Source: a virus. From it: DNA of 64,000 bases. Positions 9,053 through 18,935 of the stretch are shown piece after piece. The position numbers and the translations under genes were made by a program. Positions within the stretch are counted from its first letter, which is position 1; each line of letters begins with the position of its first letter. The DNA lies in IMG/VR virus record IMGVR_UViG_3300045258_000102, positions 1-64,000 of that record; one strand, written 5' to 3'. Under the pieces are notes generated by a model, which was given only the letters and a program-made list of their open reading frames with translations, was not told where the DNA came from and ran no database searches.

Positions 9053-10501
9053 CTACATTCCGGCGTAAGCGGGATTGCTCATAAACCCGCCACGCGTCGA
9101 CATTCCAGACCAGTAAGGCGAGAGGTAACTCAGAGGGCTGTCAAATGCCGTTGGGTGATTCGACATCGGATAGGTGCCGGTTGGCCCCTGCCCAGCATAG
9201 CCCGGTACAAACGCGTCCATTGGGCTTCCATAATACGGCTTGGTCGGATCGGTTGTCGTGCCGACCGCGAAGTTCTGCCCTGGCCTGTGGTTGATATTCT
9301 TCAGGTAGCCGTTCGGTCCGGCAGATGGAATCACCCTCGTGTCGATCGAGGGCGAACCGTAGCCGCCACCGTAACCAGTTCCGTAACCACCGCCGTAGTT
9401 CTGAATCATCCGGCCGAGCAGTCCCTGAATGAATGGATCCGAGCCGTAGCCGCCTCCCGGTGGCGCCGCATATTGGGCGGTGCCTTGCACAACGCGAGTC
9501 CCGGCCGGCGGCGGACTCGTGACGTACTGGCTGTGCAGCGTCGACTGCGAACCACTCGGGTCGATCTGGCCGCTGAGCGGACCGGTGCCCGGTCGCACGT
9601 AGCTGCCGCCGCCAACGGGTGTGTAGCCTTGGCCGACCATCTGCGCCTCTTGCGACGGCGCCGCTCCCGGTCGGAAGACTGACGCGTTTGCTTTGTACCA
9701 CGCGTCGGTGCCCGGTTGAGGACCGGCAATTGCCGGACGCGATGGAGTCGGAGCCGACGAGCTCGCCTGTGGCAAGCCGATAGCACCGTAGCCGCCGTTG
9801 GTCGATACCGGTGATGTCACGGCACCAGCCGTAGCTGCCGGCGGCATTGTTGCGACTGGCGTGCCTCCGGTGGTTCCGCTCAATTGGCCCGATGGATGAT
9901 TGTTGTCGAGCGAGGTGAATAGTCCCGGCAGGTTGTAGCCCGGGTTGCCTGCCGATGCGCCTCCGCCAATCGCTCCTACTCCGGCCTGGCCTGCGCCAAG
10001 CATGAGTTGGTTGAGTCCGCCGAGATCCGGATAGCCGTCGGTGCGTCGCTCCATGACGCCAGCGATCGGAGCCGCTGTCGACGCCCGCGTGTTGATGCGG
10101 TTTTGCAGCAGCGAGTCGTTGACATTGGTCAGAGCCGCTTGCCGCTGCGTCTCCGTGTCGCGCTGCCGAGCTTGGTTGAACGACGTGCCGGTGAGCCCCT
10201 GATTGGCTGCGGCGACCTTCTGGCTGCCGGCGAGCTTGTTGAACGCCTTGTTGACGTCGGCGACGCGAGATGCGCCAACATTGGCGACGTCGGCGAGAGA
10301 GGCGTTTCGGTCTAAACCGAGTAGGTTTAACGTGTCGTAATACCGATTCAGGCTGTCGGTGCGGGCCTGCCCTTCTTTGTTCTGGGCATCTTTGAGCAGG
10401 TTGAGGATCAGCGACACGGCCGAGTTCGGACCGGTTTGTTGCTGCTGTTGCCAGTTGGCGAGCTGGGATTGGTAAACGGCGTCAGCGTACGGATCGGACA
10501 T
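9053..10501 (-). CDS. Internal virion / pilot-type ejection protein (Gly/Pro-rich)
   Basis: Position after tail genes; helical N-terminus and low-complexity G/P/Y-rich C-terminus. Confidence 0.6.
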   Translation of the reverse strand: MSDPYADAVYQSQLANWQQQQQTGPNSAVSLILNLLKDAQNKEGQARTDSLNRYYDTLNLLGLDRNASLADVANVGASRVADVNKAFNKLAGSQKVAAANQGLTGTSFNQARQRDTETQRQAALTNVNDSLLQNRINTRASTAAPIAGVMERRTDGYPDLGGLNQLMLGAGQAGVGAIGGGASAGNPGYNLPGLFTSLDNNHPSGQLSGTTGGTPVATMPPAATAGAVTSPVSTNGGYGAIGLPQASSSAPTPSRPAIAGPQPGTDAWYKANASVFRPGAAPSQEAQMVGQGYTPVGGGSYVRPGTGPLSGQIDPSGSQSTLHSQYVTSPPPAGTRVVQGTAQYAAPPGGGYGSDPFIQGLLGRMIQNYGGGYGTGYGGGYGSPSIDTRVIPSAGPNGYLKNINHRPGQNFAVGTTTDPTKPYYGSPMDAFVPGYAGQGPTGTYPMSNHPTAFDSPLSYLSPYWSGMSTRGGFMSNPAYAGM

Positions 10502-10549
10502 GGCTTGGTCTCCTGGCTGGATTCAACGTAAACACTACCCGGCTAAAGA

Positions 10550-10891
10550 TCAAAGTGGCCCTGCCGCGTTTCGGCTGCCCAGCCACGCCGAGAACTTCCC
10601 GATCGCGTCGTTGATGCCGAATCGCTCGCCGAACGCGTTGAGAGCTTCCTGGCGCTTCTCACAGCCGCAGTTAGGGTCGAGGTTGAGTTCTGCTTTGAGG
10701 GCGACGTAGCGCTCTTTGGTGACGCCGAAAGTGGCGAAGAAGGATTCGGCGAGGTCGCCCAGTCCGACGCTGTCGCTGGTCTCGCCGCACGCGCGGTAGT
10801 AATTTCCCACCGCGTCGATCGGAATTGGCAGCCCGCAATCTGGGCAGATGGTGCCCTTCGGTGAGTCAGACGGTATCTGGCAGTTCTTCAT
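10550..10891 (-). CDS. Small Cys-containing phage protein (GLGD...CGCxxRxxxLN motif)
   Basis: ATG at 10891 overlaps the upstream stop; CPDC and GLGDLAESFF...CGCEKRQEALN motifs. Confidence 0.7.
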   Translation of the reverse strand: MKNCQIPSDSPKGTICPDCGLPIPIDAVGNYYRACGETSDSVGLGDLAESFFATFGVTKERYVALKAELNLDPNCGCEKRQEALNAFGERFGINDAIGKFSAWLGSRNAAGPL

Positions 10892-11382
10892 ACGAGATGG
10901 ACCGTGACGCTTGACGGCGGTGTGCAATCGCTGGTGAGGCAAGTCTGGCGCGGAACGACCAGCGGGCTGCATAGGTCGGCAAGGTCGGTTCCCCTAACAG
11001 CCCAGTAGCCAACCGATCCGCCAGATAGCGTGGCGATGTCGATACAGCCGACCTCGACCGTGTACCCAGTGGGTCCGTACGACAAGCAAATGCCGACGCC
11101 CGGAGGCGCCGGGCTGCAAAATCCGGTGGCCACTGACCAAGCAAAACTGCAAGGACCAGGAAATCTGGTGAATCCGCAGAACGAGCCGCCGCAGGTGCTG
11201 GCCGCAAGCGTGAACGTCCCCTGGAACACGCTGCAAGCGCAGCCGGTGGTTCGGCTGCCGCTCCACGCCCCGATAACAACCGAAGGCGTTGCGTTGAGCA
11301 CGCACGCGAGCGTCGTGCCGCAAACCAGCAGCTTATCATCAAAGATGCCCAGCTTTCCCGAGCAGATTCGCAGCGTGGTCAT
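10888..11382 (-). CDS. Cys-rich hypothetical tail-associated protein
   Basis: ATGA-coupled to its neighbours; many cysteines. Confidence 0.6.
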   Translation of the reverse strand: MTTLRICSGKLGIFDDKLLVCGTTLACVLNATPSVVIGAWSGSRTTGCACSVFQGTFTLAASTCGGSFCGFTRFPGPCSFAWSVATGFCSPAPPGVGICLSYGPTGYTVEVGCIDIATLSGGSVGYWAVRGTDLADLCSPLVVPRQTCLTSDCTPPSSVTVHLV

Positions 11383-12368
11383 GGGCAGCTCGTGGTCGCC
11401 GCCACCGAACTCGCAATCGTGCCCGATGTGCCTGGGTCCACGGCGTAGACTTGGTAGTTGTGGTAGGTGAGAGTGACCGTGAGTAGCGTGCTCGACAGTG
11501 TGAGCGTAAGTCCAGTGACGCTGCGGATCGTCGTATTGACCGCGGCCCGGAAGTCGTTGCCTACGAGCTGCACGCCGGCGCTCGCCGTGTAAACTGGCAC
11601 CGTCGAGTTGATGATCGTCGTGATCGACGAGGCCGGCACCCAGGCGGTAAGGTTTCCGCTCACCTCGTCGAACTTCACGTCGACGTCGCTGCCGCCCTTT
11701 GTCGCAACCGGGCTCACCTTGTCGATCGCGAAACCTTCCGCGTCGGATCCGTCGTGCTTGACCTTGAACTTCTTCGTGTCAATTCCAGTACCGCCGAGGT
11801 CGTCGACCTGGAAGAAGAATCGCTCGGTCCCGTCGCCGTTGTCCTCGTGCTGGACGAGCCGCATCGTGCCGGCGTCGTACGCGCCAGGATTGGCGATCTT
11901 TGCTTCGAGGTAGTCGGCGCCGCCGCCCATGTTGTCGGCCGAGTTGAGCGCGACCTTGTGGTCTGAACCGCCGCCTCCACCGCCGCCGCTCGTGTTGCCG
12001 ACGGTATCGACTTCGTAACGAGTGGTTCCGTCTGGCAGCCTGAACGCCTTGGCGTAGCCCATGTCGCCAGCCACGGCCGTCGGCTGGAATCGCTGCAGGA
12101 GATCCGTGATCGTCACCGGGATCGTCGTCGCGTTGCCGTCGTTGTCGAGCGCCAACGCCGGCGCTTCGAACGATGTGCCGTCGAACGAGTCAGTGAGCGC
12201 GAACCGCAGCCAGCTCACGTGTGAGGTCTCGTACGGCGCTTGGTACGGTCCCGGCCGCCCCAGCGTGTCGTGGAGCGTCACGGCCGCGCGCGCGTTGTGG
12301 TTCTGGTCCGACTCGCTGCCGATCGTCTTGCGAAAGAGGTTGCCGCCCTGGTTCTTGGAGATGGCCAC
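11379..12368 (-). CDS. Putative tail needle/fibre-type structural protein
   Basis: GTG start overlapping the nozzle stop; poly-Gly linker and beta-rich C-terminus. Confidence 0.6.
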   Translation of the reverse strand: MAISKNQGGNLFRKTIGSESDQNHNARAAVTLHDTLGRPGPYQAPYETSHVSWLRFALTDSFDGTSFEAPALALDNDGNATTIPVTITDLLQRFQPTAVAGDMGYAKAFRLPDGTTRYEVDTVGNTSGGGGGGGSDHKVALNSADNMGGGADYLEAKIANPGAYDAGTMRLVQHEDNGDGTERFFFQVDDLGGTGIDTKKFKVKHDGSDAEGFAIDKVSPVATKGGSDVDVKFDEVSGNLTAWVPASSITTIINSTVPVYTASAGVQLVGNDFRAAVNTTIRSVTGLTLTLSSTLLTVTLTYHNYQVYAVDPGTSGTIASSVAATTSCP

Positions 12369-13882
12369 TAGAGATACCTCTCGCTGCCGCCGGGCTTGAT
12401 GATCAGGTCGATCTCCTCGATGGACCAGAAGCTCGTGTACGGGATGGCGACCTTCGCCATCACCACCGCGCCGCGTAGGCCCGGGTGGCAGCGCCAATGG
12501 TTTTCCTTCAGTGCTCGGACGTTCGTCGTCCAGAGGCGGTCTTCGTCGCCCGCGTCCATTGCGGCTTTACAACTGTCGGCGTCGCCGGCCGTCACAAAAC
12601 TGATCGTTGCCGACTGCGTGTCGTCGTCGGTGTTCTCGCTGAACTTGACGACAGCTTGCTGCAACTGGCCCTGAGTGCTTACGCCATTACCCATCGCCAC
12701 CGGTCCGATGACCACGTAGTTCTCGAAAATCTCTCCGTCGTCGATGTCGGCTTGAAAGCGATTCAGGCCACTGCCGCCCATCAGCACCGGCGAATAGTCG
12801 TCGGTTTCCAGTGGACCGAACGTATAGGCGCACATTGGCCGAATGTCATCCGTGAACTTCATGGGCCAGAAGCCGCGTCCGCTCCAATCGATCTTCCACT
12901 GCTGATCTAGCGTCGAGTCGGTCTTGTGCGTGGCGACGACGTAGACGCAGTCGAACCGTGGATCAAAAGCGAGGCAGGCGTCGTACTTTGTGCTCGTGAT
13001 GCCAAGCATTTCATTGGGTAGCGGTCGCTTCGAGAGCGGTTCCGCCGCGCCGCCGGCGCCAGCAATCACGTAGACGCCATCTTGCGAGAGGAAAACGAAC
13101 TCGTTGCCGGGCCCGAAGCAGTAGGCGCCGCGCGTGACGGGTCCGAACTTTTGGCAGAATGTGCCGAGGCTCGCGCCTTCCGCCGTCGGGTCGCCACGGA
13201 GAATGTAAATCTGATCCTGGCAGGCAAAGAGCAGCGTGTCGTCGCCATAGGGGATCGGCGCCGTGATTGGCGCACCGATCTTGCCGCCGAGGAAGTCGCT
13301 CCCCTGGATCGCGATACCGGGAATGAATGGCCCGAAATCCCAGCCGAGCGGGTTGTCGGTGTCGCTCATAAACCATTCTTCGTCTTTGACGAGCACGATG
13401 CGCCCGAGGTAAACGCAGCCATTGGTGCAACCGGTCGGGATGGTGCCGGGCGAGTCGGCGGTCCAGGTGTGCACGGTGTCGTCCGAGAAGTCGTAGTATT
13501 TGTACGAAGAGTCGAGGATGTAGAGCTGGTTGCCGTAGGGGATGAGGCCGATCGGCGCGTTGGCGGTGAATCCGCTCGCGACGCTCGTAAACGACGTGCC
13601 GGCCGAGGACTTGTAGAGGTGGCCGCCAACCATCGCCATCAACTGGCGGTTGTACGTCGAACCGATGGCGACGCGGACTTCCGAGATCCCGCTGACGTAA
13701 CCGGTCGTTCCGACGCCGACCAGCGGCGGCCGCCGGGCGCCTCGCTTACGACCGGTCTTGAAGTCGGTCGGCCAGACGTTGAGGCAATCACACGTCGTGT
13801 ATGGCGGCTGCGACTGGAAAGCCAGCGAGCGGTTGAGGCCGCCGATCGGGAAGATGACGCGCTTGGTAAACGTGCCCGGCAT
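12368..13882 (-). CDS. Tail nozzle / stabilisation protein (tail tubular B or P22 gp10-like)
   Basis: Start MPGTFTKRVIFPIGGLN; about 500 aa of beta-propeller-like sequence (FVFLSQDGVY) in the podovirus nozzle position. Confidence 0.75.
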   Translation of the reverse strand: MPGTFTKRVIFPIGGLNRSLAFQSQPPYTTCDCLNVWPTDFKTGRKRGARRPPLVGVGTTGYVSGISEVRVAIGSTYNRQLMAMVGGHLYKSSAGTSFTSVASGFTANAPIGLIPYGNQLYILDSSYKYYDFSDDTVHTWTADSPGTIPTGCTNGCVYLGRIVLVKDEEWFMSDTDNPLGWDFGPFIPGIAIQGSDFLGGKIGAPITAPIPYGDDTLLFACQDQIYILRGDPTAEGASLGTFCQKFGPVTRGAYCFGPGNEFVFLSQDGVYVIAGAGGAAEPLSKRPLPNEMLGITSTKYDACLAFDPRFDCVYVVATHKTDSTLDQQWKIDWSGRGFWPMKFTDDIRPMCAYTFGPLETDDYSPVLMGGSGLNRFQADIDDGEIFENYVVIGPVAMGNGVSTQGQLQQAVVKFSENTDDDTQSATISFVTAGDADSCKAAMDAGDEDRLWTTNVRALKENHWRCHPGLRGAVVMAKVAIPYTSFWSIEEIDLIIKPGGSERYL

Positions 13883-13890
13883 TGAGTCTC

Positions 13891-14286
13891 CTAGCCCAAG
13901 ACGTACGTCACATAGACATGCGATCCTGTGCGCACCGTCCTCAGCAACGCGGAGGTTGCGATCGCCACTACCGGGTTTCCGACGATCGTGTGGTCGGTGT
14001 TCGCCGTCAGCGTGATCGCGCCGGAAGACGTGTTGCGGTTGATGAGAGACCAGTTGAAGCCCTCGCCCGTGCAGATTCCCAAGGGTAGGCACAGCGTGTC
14101 GAGATTCGAGCCGGTGTCGAGGTTGCCGACGATGGCGCCGGTCTGCCCGCTGGCGTTGATGATGCCGCCCAGCGTCTCGGCAGCGGTGTACGTGTGCGGG
14201 CTCGCGCCGGTCTCAGCGTCGACCGTCGTCGCCACAAACAGCGCGTTGCCGATCGAGAGGTTCGGAATTGTATTGATTGAGCCCAT
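13891..14286 (-). CDS. Hypothetical structural (beta-rich) protein
   Basis: In-operon ORF starting MGSINTIP. Confidence 0.65.
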   Translation of the reverse strand: MGSINTIPNLSIGNALFVATTVDAETGASPHTYTAAETLGGIINASGQTGAIVGNLDTGSNLDTLCLPLGICTGEGFNWSLINRNTSSGAITLTANTDHTIVGNPVVAIATSALLRTVRTGSHVYVTYVLG

Positions 14287-14299
14287 GCTAGCGGTTTTC

Positions 14300-15049
14300 C
14301 TACAGGTAGCAGAGCGCGGCCAGATGGACCTCGCTAATGATCGCGTTGATGTTGGCACCGGCGTCGCCGTTGTCTGTAACGGTGGTCCCCAGGCGGATGT
14401 CTAGTAGGTCGCCAGGCACGAGGTTTGTGGCTGTGAGCGCCATGGTGATATTCGAAAGCGTGAGTGAGTCAATGTCGGCAGGGGTGCCGAAGAGGTCCAC
14501 GGTCGGTGCAGCCGCTCTGTAGACGTTAGCCGTAAGCGTTGCCGCCGTGTCGGCTAGCGTCTGCATCCCGGCTTTGACAACCAAGGAAATAGCTCCGCCA
14601 GGCACGTAGCGATCCGGCACGGGCACGATTTTTCTGGCGTATTGGGTTACGCCGCCGCTGCCGCCGACGTCGGAACCCTTGAGCGTCGGCGCGCTAGTGC
14701 CGTAGGTTCCGGGCGTGAAGATCAGATCGTCGGCCGAGAGCGCAGTCAAACCAAGCGGCGTTAGCGGCGCGTCCCAAACCTTCCAGTTGTCCAGCGGAAT
14801 CGAGAACGTCTGCGTTCCGGTGACGGTCGTGGCGAGCGCTGTAAGTGACACGAATGCGCACGAGGCCGGCGACCCCGTGTTGACGTACATCGCGTCGAGC
14901 GCCGTCGTGCCGAGCGCCTTGGTCCAGATTGCACCGTGCTGCCAGCCAATGACGCCGTCGGAGGGAACAGTCGGTCCGGTGCCGAAATCCAAGCCGTAGT
15001 CCGACTTGATGGCTTCGCCGGTGGCCGGAACGTGAATTGTGTCGGACAT
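14300..15049 (-). CDS. Structural protein, head-fibre/decoration-like
   Basis: In operon; N-terminal PSDG...G...YxNTG motif shared with the next ORF. Confidence 0.65.
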   Translation of the reverse strand: MSDTIHVPATGEAIKSDYGLDFGTGPTVPSDGVIGWQHGAIWTKALGTTALDAMYVNTGSPASCAFVSLTALATTVTGTQTFSIPLDNWKVWDAPLTPLGLTALSADDLIFTPGTYGTSAPTLKGSDVGGSGGVTQYARKIVPVPDRYVPGGAISLVVKAGMQTLADTAATLTANVYRAAAPTVDLFGTPADIDSLTLSNITMALTATNLVPGDLLDIRLGTTVTDNGDAGANINAIISEVHLAALCYL

Positions 15050-15093
15050 GGTCGAGGCTCCTGGATTGCTGCGAGTGGTGCAAAAACGGTCGA

Positions 15094-15315
15094 CTACGAC
15101 TCGGATCCGACGATCGTCCAGACTGCCGAAGCCAAAGTCCCGGTATTCTGATAGAGTTTCACGGTTCCGGTTATCGTGAGTACGCAGCCGGGTGCATAAC
15201 CCGCCCCGCCGTCGGAAGGCAGTGTCGCGAGTCGAGCAAAATAAGTGCCCTCGCCCGGTAGCGAAATCAAAGCGCCGCCGGCCTCTGTAGCATGGATAGT
15301 TGCTGGCTTAGTCAT
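15094..15315 (-). CDS. Small structural protein paralogous to the N-terminus of 14300-15049
   Basis: LPSDGGAGYAPG...LYQNTGT versus VPSDGVIGWQHG...MYVNTGS; SD AAGGAG. Confidence 0.65.
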   Translation of the reverse strand: MTKPATIHATEAGGALISLPGEGTYFARLATLPSDGGAGYAPGCVLTITGTVKLYQNTGTLASAVWTIVGSES

Positions 15316-15327
15316 TTCAAAACTCCT

Positions 15328-16149
15328 TTAGGGAACTGGTGTGTAAGTGAGTCCGGTAGCGCGTGGGCCGCGATCGTACAAGTTGCCGCTGTGGTTGCCG
15401 TTGTATCCAAACGACCGCGGCGTCGTGAGGCTGCGATCGAAGTCAACGCTCGCGATCAAGAGTTCGAGGAATCGCGCAGCGTGCGGGCCGCGCTCGTCGT
15501 TGATACGAAGCTCGGCGGCTGCGAGCATCGATTCCAAGAGCGAGTCTGAATGCGGCTGGCCACCGAGCGGATAGGGCGTGTCGTCGGAGATCGCGTGCGG
15601 AGCCGACCAATAGCGACCGTAGAGCGTCGCATTGCTCGAGGGCGTCGGGTAAACCATCAGCTGCTGACGCTGGCCGCTCGTGCCGTCGTTCGCCAGCGGG
15701 CAAACGGCCGCGAACTTCGGCATTGAGCCGAGCACTGAGGTCGTGCCGCGCTCGCGGAGTTTGAGGATCTCGCCGACTTTTGTTAGCGCGACTCCTTCGC
15801 ACTGGCTGTCCGTCGGGCTGTAATAGAGCTTGGGGCCGATGAAACCACCGAAGTCCGCCGGCAGCGTGTAATCTTTCGTGTCGGCCACTAACGCCTGAGT
15901 CAGCATTGGCTTCAGGAAGCTCCACACGTGCGACGAGCGCTCGCCCGGCAAGCGCTGGCACTTGTAGAAGCCGTTCTCGCCCGACTTGATCCAGGCGTCG
16001 ACGTCGGCGAGCTGCTCGCTCGTCTTGGTGCCGGTCGCCGAGAGGCCGGCGTAGCGGTAGAGGGCGCGTGTGGCGACCGAACGCGTGAGCACGAGCCCGC
16101 TTTCGCCGCCCGCTCCGCTTGCTGCCGTCGTTGTGAATGAGTTTCCCAT
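15328..16149 (-). CDS. Head-tail adaptor (tail tubular A-like)
   Basis: WSFL...DYTLPADF...MVYPTP pattern typical of podovirus adaptors. Confidence 0.75.
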   Translation of the reverse strand: MGNSFTTTAASGAGGESGLVLTRSVATRALYRYAGLSATGTKTSEQLADVDAWIKSGENGFYKCQRLPGERSSHVWSFLKPMLTQALVADTKDYTLPADFGGFIGPKLYYSPTDSQCEGVALTKVGEILKLRERGTTSVLGSMPKFAAVCPLANDGTSGQRQQLMVYPTPSSNATLYGRYWSAPHAISDDTPYPLGGQPHSDSLLESMLAAAELRINDERGPHAARFLELLIASVDFDRSLTTPRSFGYNGNHSGNLYDRGPRATGLTYTPVP

Positions 16150-16151
16150 GA

Positions 16152-16820
16152 TTAGTCAGCCACCGCCACAAAGGATTGGCCGTTGATCGAGTTTTCCCCA
16201 GATTTTTGCATCCAGAGCCAATAGGTCAATCCAGCATTGAGCAGGAAGGTGGCCTGGCCGTCGTCGTTCGTATCTTTGGTCCCGGCCACCACATCGTCTC
16301 CCTCTGCGTCCGTGGTAATCCAGACGCGAGCGTTGGCCACCGGATCGCCGAGATCCGTGATCGTCATGGTGCAGGTATCGGCGCCGGCCCCAGGCGTCGC
16401 GACCCCGGCGAATTGATCGAGCGCACCGGGGCTGAATAGCACGGTCTGCACGCCGTCGATGAGCGTCGAACCGTCCCAGTACACAAGCCCGCTGCTGTTG
16501 AGCGAGAGGGCTGCACTGGTCGGTCCCGGCGACAAATTGCTGGGCGTCGCGACGTCGTAGGGTGCCATCAAATAGAACGCCGCCGGGAGCCCAGAAGGGA
16601 ACGCGCTGCACTTGTACCTGCCGATTCCAGTACCGGTGCTTGTCCTGATCTCAGTCGCCGTTCGCCTGCCGGTTGCGAACGCGCTGTCGGCCACACCGGA
16701 GATCGCCGACATGGCCGATCCGCTGACGTAAATCGACTGCTGATCCTGCGAGAAGATCAACACCGCCAGATTTGCCTCGCGGCCGCTCGTGTAGCCAAAT
16801 GCAAATTGGGTGTAAGCCAT
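16152..16820 (-). CDS. Structural protein with C-terminal carboxypeptidase-regulatory/transthyretin-like domain
   Basis: PVANARVWIT...TNDDGQATFLLNAG.YWLW..K.G pattern. Confidence 0.6.
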   Translation of the reverse strand: MAYTQFAFGYTSGREANLAVLIFSQDQQSIYVSGSAMSAISGVADSAFATGRRTATEIRTSTGTGIGRYKCSAFPSGLPAAFYLMAPYDVATPSNLSPGPTSAALSLNSSGLVYWDGSTLIDGVQTVLFSPGALDQFAGVATPGAGADTCTMTITDLGDPVANARVWITTDAEGDDVVAGTKDTNDDGQATFLLNAGLTYWLWMQKSGENSINGQSFVAVAD

Positions 16821-18397
16821 CAGTACGTGTAGATTTCGATTTGATTGGAGGTGCGCACGCCGGACGGGATATTCGGCGAGCCCAGCGTTCCAGTCGTGCC
16901 GTCGGCCCAGCGCGTCGGGCGGCTCGAAGCGCCACGGAGGGTGATCCTATTCGCGGTCAGCGCGATGCCGTCTTCGACGTAAAAGCCGTTGGTGTGACTG
17001 TCGTCGAGGACTACGTTGAGGTGCGTCCCGGCGAGGTGGCCAGCAACGTGGCAGGCGTGTGTCCCGCTGCCGCCGACTCGGGCGTTGATTTGCTGGCACT
17101 GCAACGTGTCGGAGGCGTTGCTTCCGATCAGCAAGCCGTTGCCGGACGTAGTGTCGATATAGGCCGATGGTAGGTCGAGCCGGTCGGCGTAGGTGCCGAT
17201 GACCACCGAGTAGCCAGTCGGATTGGGGTCGCCGCCGTCGGCAGTCGTCGTGCTGTTGTTGATGTGGATGGCCGCGACGTAGCAGTTAGGGGCCATGATC
17301 CGCGCATCGCAGTGGCTGTTGCTGAAGGCCCGTACCGAGGCGCCGATAATACTTCCCGCAGCCGTTTCAGCGACATCCAAGCCGATACCGGAATTTTCGA
17401 GCTCCCAATTCCCGTCGCCGATAGTTCCGGCCCCTGACAGCAGCATGGCCGCGATTCCGCAGCCGAAGTTGTGATTTTTTCCGACCTGGATGGCGTTGCC
17501 GAGTAGCAACATGCCGTAGTCTCGGCAGCCCTGTGAGGTGTGGTTATCGGTTACCGCATCGGTCGCCGCGATCGTCAAGCCGCACAAGGAATGGCGAACC
17601 GTAGTATTCTCAATATGTATTTTTTCATGGTCCAGCGGCGCGAAGTTGGCCGATTGCGTGGCGGGGTCCAGCGCGTAACTGGCGTAGATTCCGTGCCCCG
17701 GAAAGCCGGTCAAAATGAGGTTCTGGATGAGCGCCGCCGACGCCTCGAATGCCAGCCCATCGCACGCATACTTGCGTGTCGTCTCAAACGCAAAGTTGGA
17801 GCTAATTCTAGGATTCGGGTCGGCGCAGAGCAGCCAGTTCCGAACCGTCGGACAGCAAATGCCACCCTGCGGAAAGTACCCGTTGGCGTTGATCGCCACG
17901 TCCGAGCTAACGACCGCGACATCGTTGTAGAGCCGCGACAGTGCCAGCGATGTTGCGCCAGCGGCAGCGGCAGCGGTTAGCACAAGGTAGCCGGCGGGAA
18001 ACTTGATCTGGAAACCGGCCGGAAGAGCGCGGTCGATCGCGGAGACCGCCAGCGTGGCCGTCGGAGCGCCAGCAGTGAACGTGTGCGAGGCGCCGGCTGT
18101 GACCAAGAGATTGTAGTAGCCGTCCTTGATGAGCGCGTTGGGCGAGGGAACCATGCAGCCGCCATCGACAGATGGGGGCGTGCACATCGACTCGCTGGCG
18201 ATGAGGATGGAGTTGAAGCCGGCGCTGCCTTCGATCAGGCAGCCGGACTCCATGGGGATCGGGGACGTACGGTAGTCTGAGAGGGCTTGGAGATTGGCCC
18301 GCAGCGTCGCGTCGTCGATCCCGTGGAAATTCGTGTTCGGAAACGACGGCCTGATCGTTTTCAGGATTCTGTCGGCGTTGTCTGCGGCATCGAACAC
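16820..18397 (-). CDS. Tailspike-like right-handed beta-helix protein (possible depolymerase)
   Basis: Repeating G-I/N ladder segments; GTG start with GGAG upstream. Confidence 0.65.
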   Translation of the reverse strand: MFDAADNADRILKTIRPSFPNTNFHGIDDATLRANLQALSDYRTSPIPMESGCLIEGSAGFNSILIASESMCTPPSVDGGCMVPSPNALIKDGYYNLLVTAGASHTFTAGAPTATLAVSAIDRALPAGFQIKFPAGYLVLTAAAAAGATSLALSRLYNDVAVVSSDVAINANGYFPQGGICCPTVRNWLLCADPNPRISSNFAFETTRKYACDGLAFEASAALIQNLILTGFPGHGIYASYALDPATQSANFAPLDHEKIHIENTTVRHSLCGLTIAATDAVTDNHTSQGCRDYGMLLLGNAIQVGKNHNFGCGIAAMLLSGAGTIGDGNWELENSGIGLDVAETAAGSIIGASVRAFSNSHCDARIMAPNCYVAAIHINNSTTTADGGDPNPTGYSVVIGTYADRLDLPSAYIDTTSGNGLLIGSNASDTLQCQQINARVGGSGTHACHVAGHLAGTHLNVVLDDSHTNGFYVEDGIALTANRITLRGASSRPTRWADGTTGTLGSPNIPSGVRTSNQIEIYTY

Positions 18398-18442
18398 GTA
18401 GTCATCTCCAAGCCATAGGCCCAGTCGCCGCGGCGTGGCCGA

Positions 18443-18865
18443 CTACGCGCTGGCAAGAGCGTGCTCAGGCACTGAGACATCGGCTGGCGGCACCTTCCGC
18501 TCCTCCGCCTCGCCGTCGAGCAAAACCACCGCTTCCCCGCCACCACCGACGCCTTTGAAGAACGCCTCGGTCGGCGTCCCGCGCCAGTTGACGGTTACGA
18601 TATCGTCGAGCTTGAGCTTTTTGGCTCGATAGAGCTCAACAACTGTTGGCGGCAATAGCTCGTGCTTAATCGGCTCGCCGTGGCCCTCAGAAAACGCGAC
18701 GATCACCAGATCGTGGTCCCGCATCGGTTCGCCAATGCGATCGCACAGCCGCTTGAACCGCCAGTAAGCCTCGACGATCGCCGCCGGTAGCGCTGCGTGC
18801 TCATCGAGCAGCAGTATGTCTCGCATCTTCTGGACGATCGGCCTGGCAATCTCTCGCGTTTCCAT
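18443..18865 (-). CDS. Hypothetical phage protein
   Basis: In-operon ORF with SD AAAGG. Confidence 0.7.
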   Translation of the reverse strand: METREIARPIVQKMRDILLLDEHAALPAAIVEAYWRFKRLCDRIGEPMRDHDLVIVAFSEGHGEPIKHELLPPTVVELYRAKKLKLDDIVTVNWRGTPTEAFFKGVGGGGEAVVLLDGEAEERKVPPADVSVPEHALASA

Positions 18866-18885
18866 CGTGTGCCTTTCAGCGGGCC

Positions 18886-18916
18886 AAAAAATCCCGAGCC
18901 CGCAGTGGGCCCGGGA
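18886..18916 (-). terminator. Intrinsic terminator after the capsid genes
   Basis: Minus strand TCCCGGGCCC-ACTGC-GGGCTCGGGA-TTTTTT. Confidence 0.8.
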
Positions 18917-18935
18917 GCAAAGTTCAACAATCGAC

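Noticed and set aside
18397-18445. Tailspike ORF is in frame with the upstream gene across a single TAG (read-through or recoding?)
   Set aside because: The tailspike has its own GGAG + GTG start, and many genes here end in TAG with normal coupling, so genome-wide amber recoding is unsupported.
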